Of a stretch of 64,000 bases of DNA, positions 27,085-35,104 are shown piece after piece. The stretch is from Patescibacteria group bacterium. GTDB taxonomy: Bacteria; Patescibacteriota; Microgenomatia; UBA12405. The notes under the pieces were generated by a model. The model was not told the DNA's origin. It saw only the letters and a list, made by a program, of their open reading frames with translations, and did no database searches. The DNA lies in assembly GCA_023380755.1 (NCBI GenBank), contig JAMCSD010000003.1:9341-73340 (forward strand). The letters are read 5' to 3'. The first letter of the stretch is position 1. Every line of letters begins with the position of its first letter. The position numbers and the translations under genes were made by a program.

Positions 27085-27678
27085 TTATAGAGCAATAGTA
27101 TCGGCAATCTTTTGCATGGAGAGCAAACAGATTTCAATAAATTTTTCTAAGGGGATATTAAGACCTGCCGGATTTTGACATTCGGCAATTTCGTCGCGGC
27201 GAGTGCCGGCAGCAAAACGGGGTTCTTTTAAGAAACGTTTGACTACCGAAGAAACTTTAACATCAGCTAATTTTTTGGAAGGGTAAACTAAGGCGACAGC
27301 GACAATTAAACCAGTTAATGAGTCAGCGCAAAAAATCGACCATTCGGCCAAATTAGTAAAGTTCTGCCCTTGGCGGCCATCATGGGCTAAAACAATTTTT
27401 TGAACTGAATCGCTAAGACTAAGACCATATTTGGCGAGGGCTTCCCGGGTACGCAAAGGATGGCTCTCTTTAAACTCGCCAGCATAATCAATATCATGGA
27501 TCAAACCAGCCAAGAGCCAATCATCTTTAGAGGGATCATTGGCAGTGAGGCGGTTATTGGCATGAAGATAATCATAAAGACCAGACATGCAGGCTTCTAG
27601 GGCCAGAGAATGATAAAAGATATTGGTTTCGAGCTGTGATTTGGCGGCTTCAAGATACTTTTGGCGGTCAAGAGACAT
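27085..27678 (-). CDS. HD-domain metal-dependent phosphohydrolase
   Basis: H...HD motif (LLAGLIHDIDY). The 197-aa protein looks all-helical. Confidence 0.6.
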   Translation of the reverse strand: MSLDRQKYLEAAKSQLETNIFYHSLALEACMSGLYDYLHANNRLTANDPSKDDWLLAGLIHDIDYAGEFKESHPLRTREALAKYGLSLSDSVQKIVLAHDGRQGQNFTNLAEWSIFCADSLTGLIVAVALVYPSKKLADVKVSSVVKRFLKEPRFAAGTRRDEIAECQNPAGLNIPLEKFIEICLLSMQKIADTIAL

Positions 27679-27679
27679 T

Positions 27680-29536
27680 TTAGGGAGATAAATAATCCTT
27701 AACCGGTTGGCCCAAATGTGATTCTAGTTCGGAAGGTAGAAGATAGATACCAGCATGATCCTGACCAAGACCAAGCTCCATAGTCGAGCAAAGCATGCCT
27801 TCGGAAACCACTCCCCGCATTTTGGCCTTTTCAACCTTCAGCGGTTGGCCTTCTTTAGTGTGGACTAAAGCATCCTTCAAGGATACGGGGACAATGTCAC
27901 CAACTTTTATATTGGTGGCGCCGCAGACGATAGAAAGATGTTGGGGTTGGCCAATATTCACCTGGCAGACCTGCAGACGGTCGGCGTCGGGATGCTTTAG
28001 CAATGTTTCAATTTTACCAATAACCACTTTGGGATTATTGACACCAACCGGAGCCTGGGACTTAGCAGCAGGAATCCCCTCTTCGGGCTTCATGGAAGGA
28101 AATAAAATGACATCTTTGATGGTGGTTTGATCGGTTAAAAACTGGACAAAGCGGTCGATACCCATCCCCCAACCGGCAGTAGGCGGCAGGCCATATTCCA
28201 GCGCTCTTAAGTAATCGTGGTCCATTTGCATGGCGTTTTCAGCACCCTTTTTAGCTAAAGCTTCTTCGTCCCGCCAGCGATTATATTGATCCTGGGGATC
28301 ATTCAACTCGTTATAAGCTTTGAGAAGCTCAACACCACAAGCCAAGAGTTGGAAAGAAGCGATTTTTTGGGGATCATCCGCTTTTCTTTTGGCTAAGGCA
28401 ATCATGGATGCCGGATAATCTGTCAGGAATACCGGACCGACCAAAAAGGGTCGGACATGCTCTTTGTAGAGGGCGTCAAAATAAGCGCCTAAACCCACCG
28501 CACCAGAGAGATCAACTTTTAGTTGATGAATTTTAATAGCTTTTTTAAATTCAGATTCGGTGTGGATATTATCGATATCGATACTGGTTTTTTCCAAAAT
28601 AGCATCACGGAAGGTTAAACGCTTAAAAGGTGGGGTAAAATCAAGTTTGGTGTTTTGGAAAGTGACTTCAAGACTACCCTTGACGGTTTTAATAACGTGG
28701 GCTATCAATTCTTCGGTAAATTTCATTAACCGCTCATAATCAATATAAGCCCAATAAAACTCAATTTGGGTAAATTCCGGATTATGAAAGCGGGAAACGC
28801 CTTCGTTCCGGAAATCACGACTAACTTCATAAACCTTTTCTAATCCCCCGACAATAAGACGTTTTAAATAAAGCTCGTCGGAAATCCGTAAATACATATC
28901 CATATCAAGTTCGTTGTGGTGGGTAATGAAGGGCTTAGCCGAAGCGCCTCCATAAACAGGTTGTAAAATTGGGGTTTCCACCTCCATAAAACCATGCTCA
29001 TCGAGGAATCGACGCATGGTCGATAAAACTTTGGTCCGGGTTTCAAAGATTGCTTTGACCTCCGGATTAACAATCAGATCAACATAACGCTGCCGGTAAC
29101 GCTCTTCAACATCCTTTAGGCCGTGCCATTTTTCTGGTAGGGGGCGGAGGTTCTTAGCCAACAGTTCGAATTCGGTGACATCAATGGTAATTTCTCCAGC
29201 CTGGGTTTTAAAGACTAAACCGGTAACCGAAACAATATCACCAATATCTAAAAGGTGGGTTACTTCAAACCGCGAAGCTAAAGACTTTTCCTGAAAAAAT
29301 AATTGGATTTTGCCAGTGCGATCAACCAGATCAGCAAAAAGGATTTTGCCATGACCGCGAAGAGACATCAACCGACCAGCGACAGTGACTTTTTTTTGAA
29401 GTTTGCTTAAGGCTTCAGCGGCGCTATCTTTGGAAGACAAATCCGGCTGAGGATAGGCGTTACCTTTTAATTTAGTCAGTTTAATAAGTTTGTCGCGGCG
29501 AATCTGCTGAAGTTGATTAAGCTTAACTGGTTGCAT
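27680..29536 (-). CDS. lysS: class II lysyl-tRNA synthetase fused to a C-terminal tRNA-binding (Trbp111/PheT-N-like) domain
   Basis: OB anticodon domain, class II motif 2 (FRNEGVSRFHNPEFTQIEFY) and motif 3 (GWGMGIDRF) are present. An extra 117 aa follows (27683-28033): VIGKIETLLKHPDADRLQVCQVNIG...IVCGATNIKVGDIVPV...KMRGVVSEGMLCS. TATAAT (complement of 29542-29547) lies 5 nt upstream of the ATG. Confidence 0.85.
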   Translation of the reverse strand: MQPVKLNQLQQIRRDKLIKLTKLKGNAYPQPDLSSKDSAAEALSKLQKKVTVAGRLMSLRGHGKILFADLVDRTGKIQLFFQEKSLASRFEVTHLLDIGDIVSVTGLVFKTQAGEITIDVTEFELLAKNLRPLPEKWHGLKDVEERYRQRYVDLIVNPEVKAIFETRTKVLSTMRRFLDEHGFMEVETPILQPVYGGASAKPFITHHNELDMDMYLRISDELYLKRLIVGGLEKVYEVSRDFRNEGVSRFHNPEFTQIEFYWAYIDYERLMKFTEELIAHVIKTVKGSLEVTFQNTKLDFTPPFKRLTFRDAILEKTSIDIDNIHTESEFKKAIKIHQLKVDLSGAVGLGAYFDALYKEHVRPFLVGPVFLTDYPASMIALAKRKADDPQKIASFQLLACGVELLKAYNELNDPQDQYNRWRDEEALAKKGAENAMQMDHDYLRALEYGLPPTAGWGMGIDRFVQFLTDQTTIKDVILFPSMKPEEGIPAAKSQAPVGVNNPKVVIGKIETLLKHPDADRLQVCQVNIGQPQHLSIVCGATNIKVGDIVPVSLKDALVHTKEGQPLKVEKAKMRGVVSEGMLCSTMELGLGQDHAGIYLLPSELESHLGQPVKDYLSP

Positions 29537-29548
29537 AGGTAATTATAC

Positions 29549-30010
29549 TCACGCAATCGCCATGATTTTGTAAGTCAGTTTTCCCACTGGAGCAACTACC
29601 TCAATTTCGTCGTGAACTTTTCGACCGACAAGGGCTTGGCCAAGGGGTGATTGATCGGAAATTTTGTTGACGGAGGGATCGGCTTCAAACTCACTGACGA
29701 TATGAAAGGTTAATTCCCGGGTATTGCTAATTTTTATTTTGACTTTGGAACCAACACGAATGCAATCGTGGCCGACGCGGCCATTGATTAATTCAACTTT
29801 GGCCAAAGATTCTTCCAAATAGTCAATCTTGTCGTTAATAACCTCTAATTCTTCTTTTAATTGAACGGCTAGAACATCTTCACCAGCCTCATCGGGTTGG
29901 GCAACTTCCTCGATTCTTTCAATAAGCTGGTCGTGTTTTTTCTTGAGCTCATCTAATTCCTGCTGGAGCCGTTCGTATCCTTCGTTGGTCAGCATCGTTT
30001 TGTTGTTCAT
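29549..30010 (-). CDS. greA: transcription elongation factor GreA
   Basis: 153 aa. An N-terminal coiled coil (LTNEGYERLQQELDELKK) is followed by a C-terminal FKBP-like domain (SDQSPLGQALVGRKVHDEIEVVAP). Confidence 0.85.
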   Translation of the reverse strand: MNNKTMLTNEGYERLQQELDELKKKHDQLIERIEEVAQPDEAGEDVLAVQLKEELEVINDKIDYLEESLAKVELINGRVGHDCIRVGSKVKIKISNTRELTFHIVSEFEADPSVNKISDQSPLGQALVGRKVHDEIEVVAPVGKLTYKIMAIA

Positions 30011-30052
30011 GACAATAAAAAATTGGTAACAAAAAACCTCCCTATTTGCTAA

Positions 30053-30084
30053 AGAGATGTTCGGCGATCACCAGGAACATCTCT
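30053..30084. promoter_or_regulatory. 10-bp perfect hairpin in the greA/sortase divergent spacer
   Basis: AGAGATGTTC (30053-30062) pairs with GAACATCTCT (30075-30084) across a 12-nt loop. It lies 43 nt upstream of the greA ATG on the minus strand. Confidence 0.35.
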
Positions 30085-30258
30085 CTCACTTAATGGAGAG
30101 GCAGCGAATATGAAAATTTGAGGTAAAAATAGTTGCTAGCAGACTTCCCGTAAACTCGGGATTGATGTGTTTTATTTGCGTATCTGACTGCATTTTTACC
30201 ACGAAGTATGTTAAAACAGACAGTTGTTTTTGTCAAATTGACATGAGTAAATATTGTT

Positions 30259-30984
30259 ATGGACCTAGAATTTTGGCGGGTAACGCCCAAGAAAAGATCA
30301 ATTAAACGAATTACGAAAAAGGGGGTACTCTATTCAAATCCCGGTATACCCCAGAGAACAATATATTATGTAGGAACTTTTCTAAGTATATTTTCGGTAT
30401 TTTTTCTATTATATTTATATTATCCCATTGGAAAGGCATATTTTGCCTATTGGCAGTCTAATAAAGGCAAGAGTCCGCAAGAACTAAGCGCCCTGTTAGT
30501 TAAAGAAAATGGCAAGATTGAGAAAACGCCGGCTGTGCCTAATTATTATGGAATTAAAATACCCAAAATTAACGCTGAGGCAGCCATAGTGGAGAACGTG
30601 ACTCCTTACGACAGTACGGTGTACAAAAATGTGCTGGATGAGGGTAAAATTGCCCAATCAAGCACCAGCACCGTTCCGGGACGGGGTAAGGGTAGTTTTA
30701 CTTATCTTTTTGCCCATTCCAGCGAAGAAGGTATTAGCGTGGCCCGGAAGAACGTAGTCTTCTATCTGTTGGGGGAATTATCCTCCGGAGATAGTGTTTG
30801 GATTGAACGGAATGGGATAAAATACCTATATAAGGTGTTCGATAAAAAAATTGTCAGCGCTAATGATGTTGAGTATCTCCATTATTCCAATCCCAATAAA
30901 GAGGTGCTGATTTTACAAACCTGCTGGCCGGTGGGAACAGACTGGAACAGGTTATTGGTATTTGCCGAATTAATGGCTTATTAA
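30259..30984 (+). CDS. sortase (cysteine transpeptidase)
   Basis: N-terminal TM anchor, catalytic His (YLFAHSS), the TLxTC-type motif (VLILQTCWP) and a downstream Arg (WNRLLVFA). Confidence 0.8.
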   Translation: MDLEFWRVTPKKRSIKRITKKGVLYSNPGIPQRTIYYVGTFLSIFSVFFLLYLYYPIGKAYFAYWQSNKGKSPQELSALLVKENGKIEKTPAVPNYYGIKIPKINAEAAIVENVTPYDSTVYKNVLDEGKIAQSSTSTVPGRGKGSFTYLFAHSSEEGISVARKNVVFYLLGELSSGDSVWIERNGIKYLYKVFDKKIVSANDVEYLHYSNPNKEVLILQTCWPVGTDWNRLLVFAELMAY

Positions 30985-32439
30985 ATGAAAATAGATTTTC
31001 AACTTCAACCACAAGCAACGAAATGGGAGGATTTGCAGCCATATTGTGCTGACTATAATCAGGAAACTGTCCACAAAGCATTTGATTTTGCGGCCCGGTG
31101 CCATCTTAACCAAAGGCGAATTTCCGGAGAAGCTTTTATCAGCCACCCTATTTGGATTGCCAAGGTCGTGGCCCAATTAGGATTGGGAGAGGAAGCAGTG
31201 ATCACCGCCCTGCTCCATGACACGGTCGAAGACGGAGAGGCCAAGATGGAAGATATTGCGACCATTTTTGGCGATGAAGTGGCTTTATTAGTGGAAGGTT
31301 TGACAGAAATTAGCCGAAAAACCAAGGGTATCGAAATTCATAAAGAAAACATTGAAGTATTCCGAAATTTTTTATTTTCTTCGGTGAACGATGTCCGGGT
31401 GTTAATTATCAGGTTAATTGACAAACTGCATAACGGTTTAACCATCGATTCCCTACCCCGTGACTCTCAAATAAAATATGCCCAAAGAGTTTTAAGTATT
31501 TACGGTCCGGTAGCGGAATATGTCGGTTTACATTTCTTCAAGAAGAGTTTGGAGGATATTGCTTTCAAGATACTTTATCCTAAAGAAGCATCAGAATTAG
31601 AAAAAGAACTCAAAAAGCGTTCTCGTGATGAATTGTTAGCCGAGAATTCCGTCCTAACAGAGTTGGAAACCATGTTAGAGGTTAATCATATTAATAGTTT
31701 TCAAATCCAAAGCCGGATTAAGAGTATCTATTCAACTTATCTTAAGATTAAGCACGGATATTTGGGGGAAAGGTCATTTAAAGATCGGGTCGGTTTAAGA
31801 GTACTGGTGAAAAATATTGAAGATTGTTATACCGTCTTAGGATTACTCCATGCAAAATACAAATATATTCCAGGAGAATTTGAGGATTATATCTCCAATC
31901 CAAAGGCAAATGGGTACCGGTCAATCCAGACCACCCTGCAGTGGAAAGGAAAATTGTTAGTCGAAGTACAAATTAGGACTTTCGAAATGCACGAATTTAA
32001 CGAGTTCGGGCCGGCATCGCATATTGCTTACAAAATGAGCCGGGGGCTTAATGTTGGGCATGGAATGGAATGGGTAAAAGACCTGGTCCGATGGCAAAGT
32101 GATAAAAATGTAAGTAATTACCGAATCAGCGTGCTCTCCGAGCATATTTACGTCTTTACACCCAAGGGCGACGTGATCCAATTGCCCCGGGAGAGTACAC
32201 CTATTGATTTTGCCTATACTGTTCATACTCACTTGGGTGATTATTGTAAGGGGGCTTTGGTGAACGAAAAAATGGTGAAAATCGACAGCCGGTTAAAAAC
32301 CGGAGACTTAGTGGAAATCTTGGTAGGGACAAAATTAATGGCTAAGACGGAATGGCTGTCTTTTGTGGTCTCGGAAGCGGCCCGGACCCACTTAAGAAGG
32401 TTGAGAAACCGAAACTTCCAAAGTGAAAACAAAGCTTAA
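30985..32439 (+). CDS. rel: short Rel/SpoT homolog: (p)ppGpp hydrolase + synthetase + TGS only
   Basis: HD hydrolase motifs (HPIWIAKVV, LLHDTVED), synthetase motifs (GYRSIQTTL, EVQIRTFEMHEF) and TGS (IYVFTPKGDVIQLPRESTPIDFAY) are present. The protein ends at 484 aa without the usual C-terminal regulatory half. The ATG directly abuts the sortase stop. Confidence 0.85.
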   Translation: MKIDFQLQPQATKWEDLQPYCADYNQETVHKAFDFAARCHLNQRRISGEAFISHPIWIAKVVAQLGLGEEAVITALLHDTVEDGEAKMEDIATIFGDEVALLVEGLTEISRKTKGIEIHKENIEVFRNFLFSSVNDVRVLIIRLIDKLHNGLTIDSLPRDSQIKYAQRVLSIYGPVAEYVGLHFFKKSLEDIAFKILYPKEASELEKELKKRSRDELLAENSVLTELETMLEVNHINSFQIQSRIKSIYSTYLKIKHGYLGERSFKDRVGLRVLVKNIEDCYTVLGLLHAKYKYIPGEFEDYISNPKANGYRSIQTTLQWKGKLLVEVQIRTFEMHEFNEFGPASHIAYKMSRGLNVGHGMEWVKDLVRWQSDKNVSNYRISVLSEHIYVFTPKGDVIQLPRESTPIDFAYTVHTHLGDYCKGALVNEKMVKIDSRLKTGDLVEILVGTKLMAKTEWLSFVVSEAARTHLRRLRNRNFQSENKA

Positions 32440-32475
32440 CCCAAGAATATTGGTTAGTTAACGTTATAATAGGGA

Positions 32476-33627
32476 ATGACCACCGAAGAAAAAATTGAAC
32501 TGATTACCCGAAACTGTGAGGAAGTCATTACTAAAGAGGATCTGCGCCGACTGCTGAATAACGGCACCGAGTTACATCATTATATCGGTTTTGAAATATC
32601 GGGGTTGGTTCATTTGGGAACAGGCTATATTTCGATGGGAAAAGTAGCAGATTTTTTGCGGGCGGGGGTGAAGTGCCAGATATTTTTAGCTGATTTTCAC
32701 ACGTATTTAAACAATAAATTAGGCGGCAATATTGAAAGTATTCGTTGGGCAGCCGTCAATTATTTTAAGGAAGCATTAATCGCCTCCTTAAAATGCCACG
32801 AAGTTAATGTTGATCAGGAACTAAAATTAGGGAACCTGACTTTTATTCCGGGTTTCGACTTATACAAAAATAACCTGGTACATTGGGAAACTTTTATGGA
32901 AGTGGGGAAACACGTGACGTTATCACGGGACTTAAGGTCTATCTCGATTATGGGCAAAAAACAGGGAAATGAAGTAGATATGGCGACATTGTTTTATCCC
33001 CCACTTCAGGTAGCCGATATTTACACCATGAAAGTTAATCTAGCCCATGCCGGGATGGATCAGCGGAAGGCTCATGTTATCGCCCGGGATGTGGCCCATA
33101 AGTTGACTATTAATCCCCTTCTCGATGCGCAAGGGGAAATTATTGCGCCAATCGCGATTCATCATAATCTAATTGCCGGGTTGAACGGACCGGAAAAAGT
33201 AGATACCAACCAGGGTTCGGAAGAGACGGCTACCGATTTAAAAATGAGCAAATCGAAACCAAGTTCGGCTATTTTTGTTCACGACAGCCCCGATGAAATC
33301 CGAGAAAAGGTGCGTAAAGCCTACGGGCCGCCAAAAGAAATTAAATTTAACCCACTTTTAAATTGGGTTAAAGTGCTCATTTTTTGGGGTGAAGATAAGG
33401 GGTCATTGATGATTGAAAGGCCGGAGAAGTTTGGCGGCAACATTACTTATACGAACTATGGCAAACTCGAAAAAGATTATGCCGAAGGAACTCTTTTTCC
33501 TTTAGATCTGAAAAATGCTCTGGCGGAATGGCTAATAAACAGGCTGGAACCAGCAAGGAATTATTTTGCCGAGGAAGAACATAAAAAGGATTTGGAGAAA
33601 ATGGTGGTTCTTTTAAATAAAAAATAA
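32476..33627 (+). CDS. tyrS: tyrosyl-tRNA synthetase, archaeal/eukaryotic type
   Basis: Class I motifs GFEISGLVHLGT and KMSKS are present. The C-terminus IERPEKFGGNITYTNYGKLEKDY...LDLKNALAEWLINRLEP closely parallels Methanocaldococcus jannaschii TyrRS (IKRPEKFGGDLTVNSYEELESLF...MDLKNAVAEELIKILEP, recalled from memory). TATAAT (32465-32470) lies 5 nt upstream of the ATG. Confidence 0.8.
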   Translation: MTTEEKIELITRNCEEVITKEDLRRLLNNGTELHHYIGFEISGLVHLGTGYISMGKVADFLRAGVKCQIFLADFHTYLNNKLGGNIESIRWAAVNYFKEALIASLKCHEVNVDQELKLGNLTFIPGFDLYKNNLVHWETFMEVGKHVTLSRDLRSISIMGKKQGNEVDMATLFYPPLQVADIYTMKVNLAHAGMDQRKAHVIARDVAHKLTINPLLDAQGEIIAPIAIHHNLIAGLNGPEKVDTNQGSEETATDLKMSKSKPSSAIFVHDSPDEIREKVRKAYGPPKEIKFNPLLNWVKVLIFWGEDKGSLMIERPEKFGGNITYTNYGKLEKDYAEGTLFPLDLKNALAEWLINRLEPARNYFAEEEHKKDLEKMVVLLNKK

Positions 33628-33628
33628 G

Positions 33629-33892
33629 TTATTCATGACTGGTTAACAAGTCACGTGCTTTAAGGTCGTTGGCGAGAATGAATCTGAGTTCTAGATGGCG
33701 TTCCCAATTGTGGGGGCAATGACCCATAAGGCGCCAGCCAAACCAATCAAGTTCCTGGAAATTGGTGATCGGTCCAAAACCAGAACTTTGACCATCTTTA
33801 ATTTTTTCCAGCATCCGGAAACGCCAACAAATATGATCTTCCTGGTTTTGACAGCCAGTATAAGGGCAACCTTCATTGGAAATGTTAGTCAT
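33629..33892 (-). CDS. hypothetical small Cys/His/Trp-rich protein
   Basis: 87-aa ORF with N-terminal C-x4-C-x7-C (GCPYTGCQNQEDHIC) and a later HCPH. TGA-TACTAT (complement of 33898-33906) lies 5 nt upstream of the ATG. There is no signal peptide. Confidence 0.5.
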   Translation of the reverse strand: MTNISNEGCPYTGCQNQEDHICWRFRMLEKIKDGQSSGFGPITNFQELDWFGWRLMGHCPHNWERHLELRFILANDLKARDLLTSHE

Positions 33893-33907
33893 AACTTATA
33901 GTATCAC

Positions 33908-34357
33908 TTACTGGTCATGATCGAGATGGTTAGCGGTTGGAATCCGGGAGCGGATCTGGTCAATGTATTTGAGAGTGACAACTAAATCTTTGCAGGAACC
34001 AGAAGAAATGATTGTGGCTCGGGTGAAATCTAATTGTGGTTTTGTTAAATTTTCATGACTGTATCTTTCCTCGACTAACTGCCTAACACGACATTGAGCC
34101 GCCCCCTGACAATTATCAAAGATACATGAATCGGGGTCCTGAGTCCGGAACGGAACAAGAGGAGGTCGAAGAGTTTCCACGATTTTTTGGGTTTTTTCTA
34201 AAATATCATCCAGCTGTCGGCAGCTAACAGTAGTAGCCAACATTTTGGTGGTGGCGATAAGCACCGTATCTGGCTCTTTTTGGGCGAGCTCATGATTTAT
34301 TTTGGAGAGAGAAACACAACTAGGATAAAGTTGGCATTCGGGTAGTTGACAGGGCAT
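33908..34357 (-). CDS. hypothetical Cys-rich protein
   Basis: 149-aa ORF with 8 Cys, including N-terminal C-x4-C-x5-C (PCQLPECQLYPSC) and CIFDNCQGAAQC. TGT-TATACT (complement of 34363-34371) lies 5 nt upstream of the ATG. There is no signal peptide. Confidence 0.55.
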   Translation of the reverse strand: MPCQLPECQLYPSCVSLSKINHELAQKEPDTVLIATTKMLATTVSCRQLDDILEKTQKIVETLRPPLVPFRTQDPDSCIFDNCQGAAQCRVRQLVEERYSHENLTKPQLDFTRATIISSGSCKDLVVTLKYIDQIRSRIPTANHLDHDQ

Positions 34358-34399
34358 AGGAGAGTATAACAGTACTACTACTATTTTTGTAGTTGTATA

Positions 34400-35089
34400 T
34401 TAATACAATAAAAAGTGGGGGTTTTTGACGAAAAGTATTTGGCGATAGACTTGATTGATTCCGTAACATTTAATAAAAGACTGGACCTGTCGAAAGTTTA
34501 TTAAGAGGCCGCGGAAACCATTTTTTCGCGGTTGGCTAAGTTGGCCAACGTTTTTTAACAGCACTCCCCTGACCTTCACGTGGTGAAAAAAGCGTTGATT
34601 AAATTCTGGTTCAATCAGATAACCTTTTTGGTCAAAGATATCGATATTTTGACGTAACAGTTTAGTGGAAAGACATCGTTCGCCGGTATAAGCCAGAGCG
34701 AAACCAGAAATGACCCCGTACCAATCCTCTTTTTCCCTTATGCCCAAAGTAATGTCGCATTGACGATTAATAACCGGTGAGACCAATTTATCGAAATTGG
34801 CGGTAGTGAAATGGGTTAAGTCGCTATCCACAAAGGCGACATAAGGGGATTTGACCTGAAGAATACCGCTTTTGAGAGCGCGGGATTTGCCTAAGTTTCG
34901 CGGATGCCGAATTAATTTTATTCCAGTTAGGGACCGGAGAATATGATTGGTTTCCTGATCACTACCATCATCGACAACGATAATTTCCCGACAATAATTT
35001 GATTTTTTGACTTCATTAACCACCGGGGTAATCCGTGGACCGTCATTAAAGCAGGGGATAACCACTGAAACCAAAGAAATCTCCGTCAT
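34400..35089 (-). CDS. glycosyltransferase family 2
   Basis: VSVVIPCFNDG, IVVDDGSDQET and VDSDL (DxD) are present. TATAAT (complement of 35096-35101) sits inside the 15-nt gap after uvrC, 6 nt upstream of the ATG. Confidence 0.7.
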   Translation of the reverse strand: MTEISLVSVVIPCFNDGPRITPVVNEVKKSNYCREIIVVDDGSDQETNHILRSLTGIKLIRHPRNLGKSRALKSGILQVKSPYVAFVDSDLTHFTTANFDKLVSPVINRQCDITLGIREKEDWYGVISGFALAYTGERCLSTKLLRQNIDIFDQKGYLIEPEFNQRFFHHVKVRGVLLKNVGQLSQPRKNGFRGLLINFRQVQSFIKCYGINQVYRQILFVKNPHFLLY

Positions 35090-35104
35090 AAGTTTATTAT
35101 AAAC

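Noticed and set aside
30090-30290. 66-aa ORF in the greA/sortase spacer
   Set aside because: It has odd composition, no -10/ATG geometry of the kind real genes here show, and it overlaps the sortase start. It sits in what looks like a promoter or leader region, so I treated it as non-coding.
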